A stretch of DNA of 64,000 bases from Bacillota bacterium (GTDB lineage Bacteria; Bacillota; Clostridia; Christensenellales; UMGS416). The stretch covers positions 264,572-328,571 of the forward strand of contig JAEYRH010000009.1 of the NCBI GenBank assembly GCA_023435705.1, read 5' to 3'. Positions 8,085 to 16,562 of this stretch are shown piece after piece. A model generated the notes under the pieces. The model was not told the DNA's origin. It made no database searches and saw only the letters and a list, made by a program, of their open reading frames with translations. Made by a program: the position numbers and the translations under genes. Position 1 is the stretch's first letter; each line of letters opens with the position of its first letter.

Positions 8085-10247
8085 CTAATACTCCATTTCC
8101 AGCGCATTCCCGGTCACTTCAAACTTGCCGCTGACCGTTGCGCGGCCCATCATCTGCGCGGACAGTGCATCAGGCTGGCTGCCGCCGGCATACACAGTGA
8201 ACGAGCCGGGCTCCAGCACGGTGCGGCCGTCGTCAGTAATCACGCACAGGCGGCGGGCGGGCACCTCAAAGACCATCTCGACTTGCTCACCTGCCTGCAA
8301 TTCCACGCGGCGGAAGTCAGTGAGCTGCCAGTGGGGCACGCGGGTGCTGGCTTCGTCATCCTTCAGATAAAGCTGGACAACCTCGCCGCCGGCGCGCTTG
8401 CCGGTGTTTTTCACCTTTACGGACACTTTGACGGAATCGCCTGCCTTCACCGGCTCCTTGGGCAGCTTCAGGCAGCTGTATTCAAAGGTCGTATAGGACA
8501 GGCCATAGCCAAAGGAGTAGTTGGGCTCCACATTGAGGAACCGGTAGGTGCGGCCATCCATCGAGTAGTCGTGGATATCCGGCAGGCTGGCGTCGCTTTG
8601 ATAAAATGTGACGGGCAGGCGACCGGAGGGGTTGCAGATGCCCACCAGCGCCTCGGCGACGGCCACACCGCCAAACTGGCCGGGGTACCAGGCATGCAGG
8701 ATGGCGGCGGCCCGGTCCTTGAAGGGCGTCATATCCACGGGGCTGCCAGCCATCATGACGAGGATCACCGGTTTGCCGGTCATGAGCACCGCCTCAAACA
8801 GATCGATCTGCGCCTTTGGCAGCGCGATGTGGTGCTTGTCGGCATCGGTGCCGCCGGCGGAGCCTTCCTCGCCCTCATAGCGCTCATCCAGGCCCAGCAC
8901 CAGCACCACGGCGTCGGAACGCTCTGCCACGATCATCGCCTCGGCAATGCCCCAGTTGGGTTTCTCGCCCCAGGAGGCTTCCGGCGCCTCTCCACGGTGC
9001 ATGCAGCCCTGGGCATACCACACGCGGGCTTCCGGCATGATCATGCGCACGCCTTCCAGCACCGTGTACTGCTCGCCGGCGGTGCCGTGGTAATTGCCCC
9101 ACAGCGCGATGCGGTTGTCGGCGTTGGGGCCGATCACGGCGATCGTGTTGGTCTTGGAGGCATCCAGCGGCAGGATGCCGTTGTTCTTCAAAAGCACCAG
9201 GCTGCGGCGTGCCATCTCACGGGAAAGCTCCAGGTGCTTGTTGCAGCACACCACCTCGTAGGGAATGCTGGCGTAGGGAACCATGGGCTCGGGGTCAAAC
9301 ATGCCCAGCTTCAGGCGGGCCACCATGAGCCGCTTCACGCACACGTCGATGTCGGCTTCGCTGAGCAGGCCGCGCTTCACCGCGTCGATCAGCTTTTCAA
9401 ATGTGCAGCCGCAGTTGAGGTCGCAGCCTTCCTTGATGGCCATGGCTGCCGATTCGGCGCCGTCGGCGGTGATCTTGTGGTGCATGTGGAAATCGTCAAT
9501 GGCGCCGCAGTCGCTCACATAATAGCCGTCGAACCCCCACTCGCCGCGCAGCAGATCGCTCATCAGCGTGTGGCTGGCGCAGCAGGGCTCGCCGTTGGTG
9601 CGGTTGTAAGCACCCATCACCGAGTAGGCTCCGGCTTCCTTCACGCATTCCTTGAAGGCCGGCAGATAGGTCTCGCGCATATCTTTAATGGATGCTTTGG
9701 CGTCAAACTGGTGGCGGTCTGCCTCCGGGCCGCTATGCACAGCGTAGTGCTTCACCGTGGCCACGGTCTTCAGATACTTGGGGTCGTCACCCTGCAAGCC
9801 CTTGATGAAGGCCTTGCCCATGCGGGCGGTGAGCACCGGGTCCTCGCCATAGGTCTCATGGCCGCGGCCCCAACGTGGATCGCGGAAGATGTTGATGTTG
9901 GGCGACCACATCGTCAGGCCCTTATAGATTTCCCGGTCAAGGTGCCGGGCGGATTCGTGGTGCTTGGCGCGAGCCTCGTCAGAAATGGCGACGGCCACTT
10001 CATACATCAGGTCGTCGTCAAAACTGGCCGCCATACCGATGGCCTGGGGAAACATCGTTGCCACACCGCCACGGGCTACGCCGTGCAGGCACTCATTCCA
10101 CCAGTTGTATTCGGGGATGCCGAGCCTCGGGATGGCCGAGGACATATACAAGGTCTGGCTGATCTTTTCCTCCAGATTCATGCGGCTGACCAGATCAGCT
10201 GCCCGATCCTCAAAGGTTAACGTTGTGTCTTTGTACCTTTCCTGCAT
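8085..10247 (-). CDS. Glycoside hydrolase family 3 (beta-glucosidase / beta-xylosidase type)
   Basis: 720 aa. EYNWWNECLHGVAR, KHYAVHSGPE and GYYVSDCGA (position of the GH3 nucleophile Asp motif), with a C-terminal beta-sandwich region. No signal peptide. Confidence 0.9.
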   Translation of the reverse strand: MQERYKDTTLTFEDRAADLVSRMNLEEKISQTLYMSSAIPRLGIPEYNWWNECLHGVARGGVATMFPQAIGMAASFDDDLMYEVAVAISDEARAKHHESARHLDREIYKGLTMWSPNINIFRDPRWGRGHETYGEDPVLTARMGKAFIKGLQGDDPKYLKTVATVKHYAVHSGPEADRHQFDAKASIKDMRETYLPAFKECVKEAGAYSVMGAYNRTNGEPCCASHTLMSDLLRGEWGFDGYYVSDCGAIDDFHMHHKITADGAESAAMAIKEGCDLNCGCTFEKLIDAVKRGLLSEADIDVCVKRLMVARLKLGMFDPEPMVPYASIPYEVVCCNKHLELSREMARRSLVLLKNNGILPLDASKTNTIAVIGPNADNRIALWGNYHGTAGEQYTVLEGVRMIMPEARVWYAQGCMHRGEAPEASWGEKPNWGIAEAMIVAERSDAVVLVLGLDERYEGEEGSAGGTDADKHHIALPKAQIDLFEAVLMTGKPVILVMMAGSPVDMTPFKDRAAAILHAWYPGQFGGVAVAEALVGICNPSGRLPVTFYQSDASLPDIHDYSMDGRTYRFLNVEPNYSFGYGLSYTTFEYSCLKLPKEPVKAGDSVKVSVKVKNTGKRAGGEVVQLYLKDDEASTRVPHWQLTDFRRVELQAGEQVEMVFEVPARRLCVITDDGRTVLEPGSFTVYAGGSQPDALSAQMMGRATVSGKFEVTGNALEMEY

Positions 10248-10427
10248 GGTGAAGCCTCCAACCCATTTGCTTTCAACATCATATAACGGTCAACAGGCTG
10301 TTGGCAAGTGCTTGGCCGCGTTTTTGAGGGTTTTACCCAGTGAAAAGCGGCTTATATGCGCAAAGCATGGAAAAAGGCTTTCATGGTGTGGTAATCTTAC
10401 AGTATTACAGGATGGAGAAGGTTAACC

Positions 10428-11222
10428 TTGAGCAAAAGGAAGACTGTCTGGCAGATCCACAACGAAGCGATAAAAGCGCTGTTTGCCCATTTCGGCACGA
10501 TGTCACTGGTGTCGCTGGCGCTTTCCGGCGTGGCAGTGGCGCTTGGCCTGGCGGAGTTCATCGTGATGGTTGTGGTCAAGGCCTTCGCGGGAATCAACTT
10601 CCAATCGATTGTGCAGCTAGTGCAAGCCGGATCCTTTCAGGAGTTTTGGGCAATGGCGCAGCCTCTGCTGGAGGCGCTGGGCATCAATCTGTTGATTGGG
10701 GCTGTGCTGGGTGCGTTCACCGGCATCCTCCAGACTGCGTCAACCATCAGCGGCTACGATGCCTCTCTTCGTGTGCTTGCAGGTGAGCGTGCCGCTCTTG
10801 GGCCCATTGCCCGCAATTTCCGGCGGGGCTTCTGGCGCTTTGCCGGTGTGACTGCCTGGGTTGCCCTCTGGCAGTTTCTTTGGTCGTTGTTGTTTCTGGT
10901 GCCCGGCATTGTGAAGTCCTACAGCTACCGGCTGGCCCCTTTCCTGGCCCTGCGGCACCCTGAGCTGACCGTGTGGCAGGCGCTCCGAAAATCCATTGAG
11001 ATCACCGAGGGTCATAAAGCCAGCTTGTTTGCTCTGGACTTGATCCTGATGCTCTACCAGCTGGCGGCGCTGTTGGCCTCCCTGCTCGTGCCTGTGCTGG
11101 GATCGTTGGCGGTGCGGCTGCTGCTGGTCGCACCGATGACGCTGCTGGTGTTTTCTGTGGCATATCGGGATATTGGCCGGGAAGCTGTGGAGAAGGGGCT
11201 GCTGACTGCTGAACGTGGCTGA
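10428..11222 (+). CDS. DUF975 family integral membrane protein (paralog 1 of 3)
   Basis: TTG start after GGATGGAGAAGG. Core FWRFAGVTAWVALWQFLWSLLFLVPGIVKSYSYRLAPFLALRHPELTVWQALRKSIEITEGHKASLF. Confidence 0.8.
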   Translation: MSKRKTVWQIHNEAIKALFAHFGTMSLVSLALSGVAVALGLAEFIVMVVVKAFAGINFQSIVQLVQAGSFQEFWAMAQPLLEALGINLLIGAVLGAFTGILQTASTISGYDASLRVLAGERAALGPIARNFRRGFWRFAGVTAWVALWQFLWSLLFLVPGIVKSYSYRLAPFLALRHPELTVWQALRKSIEITEGHKASLFALDLILMLYQLAALLASLLVPVLGSLAVRLLLVAPMTLLVFSVAYRDIGREAVEKGLLTAERG

Positions 11223-11333
11223 ATTGGCCTTTAGGTGCGTTAAGAGATGAATTCTGTGAGTAATGTCGCTATAAACAATAACGTAACAGGTATATAATAA
11301 CGATACAATATAGTATGAAAGGGAGTGTGTACC

Positions 11334-12311
11334 ATGAAGGGTGGGCAAAAAACAGTCGGCCACATTTATCATGAGGCCGTGCAGCAACTAAAAACCAACT
11401 ACTTCCAGTATGTGGGAGTAGGTGGGGTTTTCACCGCCATGTCAATGGTGTTCTCCTCGATTTTGATGGCGGTTTTCTTTGCATTCTACTTCGTTTTTGC
11501 CATGCTGTTCTCAATGGCGCCGGCGTTGGCAATCCCGCTGTTTATGGATGACTACAGGGGCGAAGCAACCGCTGCGGTTGCGGGGTTCCTTGTTGTGGGA
11601 GCCATCGTGCTTTTCATTTTTCTGGCATTGTTCAGCTTGGCGGCGCTGCTTGTGGGCATTGCAACGGCCACAGTGGGTGTCAGCTCAAACAAGGCTGTGC
11701 TCCTCTTGGTGCGTGGTGACAAACTGACCTGGCAGGCTGTCTGGGGTGATTTCAAGAAAAACTGGAAGCGATACCTGGGCATTTCGGCCTGGTCGACGTT
11801 GTGGACTCTTTTGTGGTCTCTGCTGTTTTATGTGCCCGGCGTGATCAAATCTTTGAGTTACTCCATGGCGCCTTATCTGGTGATTGAGAACCCAGATATG
11901 ACGGTGCGGCAGGCATTGAAGAAATCCATGGAGATCACCGAAGGCCACAAAGGCAAGCTGTTTTTGATTCTGTTGATTCAGATCGGCTTTACTTGGGCGG
12001 CTTCCATCCTGGCGTCGTTTGGGATCATGTATGCCAGCCTGGCCGCGGCGATCCTCTGGATCCTCCCGTTCTATCTGGCGATGATGGCAATTGCCTATCT
12101 GGATCTCAAGCAGGCAGCCATCGAAAAAGGACTGCTGAAGGATTCCTGCCAGCTGGTTGAGCCCACCCCCGTCGTAGATTACCAGGCAGTCGATGGCACG
12201 GTGGATGCAAGCCACAAGGCCGCGCAGCCGGTGCAGGTGGGTGTGCCTGCCAGCCAAGCTGCCGCCGGAAGCGAATTCACCGGCATGGAGGAAGACAGCC
12301 CGCAGTTGTAA
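11334..12311 (+). CDS. DUF975 family integral membrane protein (paralog 2 of 3)
   Basis: ATG 11334 after AAAGGGAG. Core NWKRYLGISAWSTLWTLLWSLLFYVPGVIKSLSYSMAPYLVIENPDMTVRQALKKSMEITEGHKGKLF. Extra ~50-aa hydrophilic tail. Confidence 0.8.
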   Translation: MKGGQKTVGHIYHEAVQQLKTNYFQYVGVGGVFTAMSMVFSSILMAVFFAFYFVFAMLFSMAPALAIPLFMDDYRGEATAAVAGFLVVGAIVLFIFLALFSLAALLVGIATATVGVSSNKAVLLLVRGDKLTWQAVWGDFKKNWKRYLGISAWSTLWTLLWSLLFYVPGVIKSLSYSMAPYLVIENPDMTVRQALKKSMEITEGHKGKLFLILLIQIGFTWAASILASFGIMYASLAAAILWILPFYLAMMAIAYLDLKQAAIEKGLLKDSCQLVEPTPVVDYQAVDGTVDASHKAAQPVQVGVPASQAAAGSEFTGMEEDSPQL

Positions 12312-12379
12312 TCAACTCTACATGATGACTGGAGCTCGGGTGGGCAGCACGCTCACCCGAGCAGTCTGTGAGGGCATGA

Positions 12380-13222
12380 ATGGGCGGCAGGAAAACTGTA
12401 AGCGTTATTCTTCGCGAGACTGCTTGGCTATACAGGAAGTATTTCATAACCTTCTTTGTCACAACTCTGATTGCTTTCGGAGTGTCCTATCTTTTTCGTT
12501 ATCTGGATTCCAGTGTGACAAAGCTTCTCGGCTTGGATAACGACAACTTGAAGACACTGCTCGTCTATGAGAATATTGAGCGGGCTATTGTTGGGTGGGG
12601 CCTGGGGTCCGACATCGCGTTGCCGATCCTGTTTGTTGGCTTATTCATGGTAATGAGTGCAACCTTAACGTTGGATAAGCTCTTCTTAATACCGGGTGAG
12701 ACGTTCACTGTGGGCGCGTATGATGTGATGTTTCAGATATGTAAAGGTAAAAAAAGATGCCTGCGGGAAGCGGTGCTCAATTTCAGGCGCAATTGGAAGC
12801 GTTATCTTGGCATCTCCGCCTGGTCATCCCTTTTCATCCTGGTGTGGTCATTCCTGTTCGTGATTCCAGGCCTGGTCAAAACATATGCCTATCAGCTTGC
12901 GCCGTTACTCATCCTGGATTACCCGGATATGACTGTGCGGCAGGCACTAAAAAAGTCCATTGAGATCACCAAGGGATACAAGGGGCGGCTGTTTGGTTTG
13001 GCATTCCTGGTGAGTCTGCCGTTTGGAATCATTTCGTTGATTGCAGGTTTCCTGTTCATGGTATCCAGAGACTTATCCACCTATACCGCGATCATGGCAA
13101 TTGCAAGCCCGGTGATCAGTTTGGTCATGATCCAGCCTATCACATATATGATGGTTACAATTGCATACCTGGATCTCAAGCGGGTTGCCATTGACCGGGG
13201 CCTTCTGCCATCACAAGGCTAG
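12380..13222 (+). CDS. DUF975 family integral membrane protein (paralog 3 of 3)
   Basis: Core NWKRYLGISAWSSLFILVWSFLFVIPGLVKTYAYQLAPLLILDYPDMTVRQALKKSIEITKGYKGRLF. Visibly AT-richer than paralog 1. Confidence 0.8.
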   Translation: MGGRKTVSVILRETAWLYRKYFITFFVTTLIAFGVSYLFRYLDSSVTKLLGLDNDNLKTLLVYENIERAIVGWGLGSDIALPILFVGLFMVMSATLTLDKLFLIPGETFTVGAYDVMFQICKGKKRCLREAVLNFRRNWKRYLGISAWSSLFILVWSFLFVIPGLVKTYAYQLAPLLILDYPDMTVRQALKKSIEITKGYKGRLFGLAFLVSLPFGIISLIAGFLFMVSRDLSTYTAIMAIASPVISLVMIQPITYMMVTIAYLDLKRVAIDRGLLPSQG

Positions 13223-13611
13223 AAAATGTTCTCCGGCATGAACTTCTGCATGTCGTCCATATGCTCAAAGAAGAACTCCAATTCCTCCAGCTCCGGCAGG
13301 ATGAGCTCCGGTGTTCCGGCGGTGAGCATCGCTTCGACTCGTGTCAAGAGTGTTTCCACGTGCTCAGATTCTTCATGGTTCACAAAGGCTTCCCAAATGC
13401 TTTCCTTTTTATCCCACTTCTCCTTCAGTATGCGTACATGAACGGTGGCTTCCTCCAGATTCCCAGCCTGCAGGGCGGACTTGGCATCATTGATGTGCGG
13501 CAACAGCTCGTGGATGCCGGTGTGGATGAAACTGCCCACGCATGTGTTCAGGATTGCGATGATGACGAGTATGGTCAGTATGATAATGGTGGTCTTCAAA
13601 ATTGCCACCAC
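13219..13611 (-). CDS. DUF4363 family protein
   Basis: 130 aa. N-terminal TM helix then a helical domain (LEEATVHVRILKEKWDKKESIWEAFVNHEE...). Overlaps the upstream DUF421 gene by 16 nt, the usual pairing. Confidence 0.7.
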   Translation of the reverse strand: MVAILKTTIIILTILVIIAILNTCVGSFIHTGIHELLPHINDAKSALQAGNLEEATVHVRILKEKWDKKESIWEAFVNHEESEHVETLLTRVEAMLTAGTPELILPELEELEFFFEHMDDMQKFMPENIF

Positions 13612-14288
13612 TTTCTTTTCGCCTTGCCTTGCGCGAAGAATTGTTCAGTTTCATCCACGCTGGCATACAGCACGTTTGCCGGGGCTGACAGCCCCATCCC
13701 GGAGAGTTTCTTCAGCAGCCATTTCTCATCATGGCCAGACTTTCTCAGCTCGTCATACTGCACCGATCCATCTACAATGATGCTCCAGGGCAGTTTATCC
13801 GGCTGTACCTGCAGGTTCAGGTCTTTTGCCACAACCGGTTTCGCGCTCCCCTTCGGGATCACGCTGATCTGGCCGCTTGTTTCCAGGATTGCATACTCCA
13901 CATCGGAAAGTGAAAAATATCCGCTTGTCCGCAACTGCTCCATCAGATCGGAGAAACTGTAACCGGCTGATCGCATGGCGTCTTCCAGGATGGTGCCCTT
14001 GTTGATGATGATTGTAGGTGTGCCGCAGATGACCCGCTGGGCTGTTTTGCTCTTCAGCGTGAGTAACGTAAACAGTGCGTGCACCAATAGCAGTGTGAGG
14101 ATGGGCACCACGCCATGCAGCAGAGGGATGCCCGTTTCTGCCATCGGCACGGAGGCAAGGTTGGCAATCATAATGGCGATCACAAACTCATAGGGTTGCA
14201 GCTGGCCGACTTCCCGCTTGCCCATAAGCCTTACAGCCAAGAATACAATCAAAAACAGGATCAACGCCCGCACCGCGATCACAAACAT
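13596..14288 (-). CDS. DUF421 domain membrane protein (YetF/YdfS-like)
   Basis: 230 aa. MFVIAVRALILFLIVFLAVRLMGKREVGQLQPYEFVIAIMIANLA is the characteristic N-terminus. Confidence 0.85.
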   Translation of the reverse strand: MFVIAVRALILFLIVFLAVRLMGKREVGQLQPYEFVIAIMIANLASVPMAETGIPLLHGVVPILTLLLVHALFTLLTLKSKTAQRVICGTPTIIINKGTILEDAMRSAGYSFSDLMEQLRTSGYFSLSDVEYAILETSGQISVIPKGSAKPVVAKDLNLQVQPDKLPWSIIVDGSVQYDELRKSGHDEKWLLKKLSGMGLSAPANVLYASVDETEQFFAQGKAKRKWWQF

Positions 14289-14359
14289 GGTTTTCCTCCC
14301 ATCTGCTATTATAGGTTGGGATGGGAAAAGCGGGTTTATTCATTTTCATGTCTTGCTCA

Positions 14360-14396
14360 CATACAAAAACAGGGCAAGCTCCTGAGCTTGCCCTGT
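14360..14396 (-). terminator. Intrinsic terminator after the L,D-transpeptidase gene
   Basis: Perfect 12-bp stem ACAGGGCAAGCT/AGCTTGCCCTGT with a 4-nt loop. On the minus strand it is followed by TTTTTGTATGT. Confidence 0.75.
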
Positions 14397-14407
14397 TAAG
14401 GTTTGGT

Positions 14408-15049
14408 TTATCGAAGAATCGTGGGATCGGTGGGGTCGAAGGTGGCTCCCTCCGGCAATGGCGGCAGCGGCTCCAGGCAGACTGGCGTGGGCCCGCCGCT
14501 TAAAACGACTTTGACCACGGTGCCGGCAGGGCAGTTCACATAGATCCACATCGCGTCGCGCACGCTGAGGCGCACACAGCCGGCAGAAACGGGCTGGCCC
14601 AGGTTTAGATAGGAGTCCGGCTCCATCTTGTTGGAGTCCATTTTGGAAAACACCGTGGAGTGAAACCAGATGGGCTTGTTGAAACACACAGCGAACTGCT
14701 CATAGCTTTGAGGCCTGCCGTTTTTCGGCGGTGAATTGAGCCACCGCCGCCTCATGCTGATCTTGAACGTGCCCGGAAAGGTCTTCGGCGGCACACCGGT
14801 GGAGCACAGCATCTGCCGGTCGATGATTGTGTATTGGCCGGCTTCATCGCGGCGGAGCACTGTGGTGACCTGTGTTTCCTTGTCCACGATCAGCTGGTAA
14901 TATTTCGAGTCCACGATCGGGCGGACGTTCATGTTCGGGCTTGGCTTCAGCGGGCTCAGATAGGTGCTTTCCGCAGACACAGCGGGGCTGGGCGCCAACA
15001 GAAAAAGTAGCGCCGCCGCAAGCAGAACGGGAAGGATTTTTCGGTGCAT
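14408..15049 (-). CDS. L,D-transpeptidase (YkuD domain), secreted
   Basis: ATG 15049 gives the signal peptide MHRKILPVLLAAALLFLLAPSPAVSA. Catalytic region WFHSTVF...GQPVSAGCVRLSVRDAMWIY. Confidence 0.85.
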   Translation of the reverse strand: MHRKILPVLLAAALLFLLAPSPAVSAESTYLSPLKPSPNMNVRPIVDSKYYQLIVDKETQVTTVLRRDEAGQYTIIDRQMLCSTGVPPKTFPGTFKISMRRRWLNSPPKNGRPQSYEQFAVCFNKPIWFHSTVFSKMDSNKMEPDSYLNLGQPVSAGCVRLSVRDAMWIYVNCPAGTVVKVVLSGGPTPVCLEPLPPLPEGATFDPTDPTILR

Positions 15050-15149
15050 GTTTGGTTGATACCTCGCGGGGGAGAGTGCCCTTATCTTACCATTGCTGGC
15101 AAGACGATGCAACAACTGTGATGCAGGACCCTCCCCGCCATATGAAGAC

Positions 15150-16538
15150 TCACTGCCGCTCCGGCAGCAGGTCCAGCAGCTGCCCGATGGTGAGATCCGG
15201 GTTTTCCACTCCGGTCAGCATTGTGCTGACCAGATCAGTGTGGAAGTCCAGCACGGTCTGCTGTTGCACAACGCTGCGCTGATACTCGTAGTAGCATCGC
15301 AGGCCGCCTGAGCCGTCGTCATCCATCACCGTGAGGTAAAAGGGCTGTGATGATACGCCATTGCAATACCATTTGGTGCGCACTGGCGCGCCGTCCGAAA
15401 GCACGAGCCGCACCGGCTGAAAGGTCAGGCACACCGACTGGTAGGAGCCCACCGGGTCGCCTCCCCGATAAGCGTTGTCACATAGTTTCTTGACCTCCAG
15501 CATGTCAATCCCGGCGTGGCGGTAAACCTCTGTCTGCCGCGCTGCCACCTGCTTTGCAGCAGACAGGAAGCTTTCTGCTGCTGCAATCACGGTGCGGAAG
15601 ATTACCGGGTGCACCCTGGTGCCGCCGGAGCGCTTTTCAGCCAGGGTGCTGCGCCGGGCCACGGTGGAATAAATACTCACATCTTTTTGCCGCCCGTTTC
15701 GTTTGGACAGGCAGGTGCGCACACCCAGCAGAAACAGCACCTGCATCGGCAGGTTGTGTTCCTCGCAAAATGCCGCCAGCTTTGCCACATCCTCCGCCGA
15801 GATTATGAGCACCTCGTGCAGCGCGCGGGTGCGCAGCGTAAAGCCCGATGCTGCCTGCAGGCGGGGGTTTTTTTTCTTTTTCCGGTATGCTTCCAGCACT
15901 GACGGGCCGTTGATGTGGGTGTACCACGGCTCTTCCCTGCGGCACTCGGCGTGCCAGAATTCCAGGTCTTTCTGATACTGCTCGGTGTTTATGTAATCCA
16001 GGTCTTTGATTAGCAGCAGCTCGTGCTGTGCCGGCGGCCTTGGCGGTTCGGCCTCACCGGCTTCGGCGTGATAAAGATCCATCACATGCTTCATCAGCAT
16101 GCAGATGGCCCAGGAATCCATGATCATGTGGCTCACGCCCAGATAGACGCCGCACAGCCCATCCGGCGAGCGCACCACCCACATGCGGCTCAAAGGCCTG
16201 TTGAGCAGGTAGAAGGGTTTGGAAGCCAGGTGATAGAGGTGACGGTCCATCTGCTCTTGAGTCTTTCCTGTGAAATCCAACAAACCGATCGTGGGTTCAG
16301 CAGCAGGAAGAAAGTATTGCACCACTCGTTTGTCAACTTTCTTCAGGCGGATGCGCAGCGCGTCCACCTGCACATATGCTTGACCGATGGCCCGCCGGAG
16401 AATGTTGAAATCCAGCGGCCGCTCCAGCAGCATCAATGTAAAGATGTTGTTCACTTGCTTGTGCAGTGTGAACTTCTGGCTGTAAAACAGGATGTTTTGC
16501 GCGGCGGTCATGCCGTAGAAGGTTGGGGCTTGTTTCAT
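15150..16538 (-). CDS. Stand-alone NRPS-type condensation (C) domain protein
   Basis: ATG 16538 lies 8 nt after AAGGAGG. 462 aa. C1-like MTAAQNILFYSQ, C2-like VDALRIRL, C3 active site SHMIMDSW (HHxxxDG variant that keeps the second His and the Asp). Confidence 0.85.
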   Translation of the reverse strand: MKQAPTFYGMTAAQNILFYSQKFTLHKQVNNIFTLMLLERPLDFNILRRAIGQAYVQVDALRIRLKKVDKRVVQYFLPAAEPTIGLLDFTGKTQEQMDRHLYHLASKPFYLLNRPLSRMWVVRSPDGLCGVYLGVSHMIMDSWAICMLMKHVMDLYHAEAGEAEPPRPPAQHELLLIKDLDYINTEQYQKDLEFWHAECRREEPWYTHINGPSVLEAYRKKKKNPRLQAASGFTLRTRALHEVLIISAEDVAKLAAFCEEHNLPMQVLFLLGVRTCLSKRNGRQKDVSIYSTVARRSTLAEKRSGGTRVHPVIFRTVIAAAESFLSAAKQVAARQTEVYRHAGIDMLEVKKLCDNAYRGGDPVGSYQSVCLTFQPVRLVLSDGAPVRTKWYCNGVSSQPFYLTVMDDDGSGGLRCYYEYQRSVVQQQTVLDFHTDLVSTMLTGVENPDLTIGQLLDLLPERQ

Positions 16539-16562
16539 TTGGAGAACCTCCTTAGTCAAATC

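Noticed and set aside
8283-10220. 645-aa ORF on the plus strand covering almost the whole GH3 gene.
   Set aside because: It is antisense to a gene with clear GH3 motifs. Its product is low-complexity (runs of A/G/H/L/V) with no recognisable domain. This is a typical shadow ORF of a high-GC coding region.
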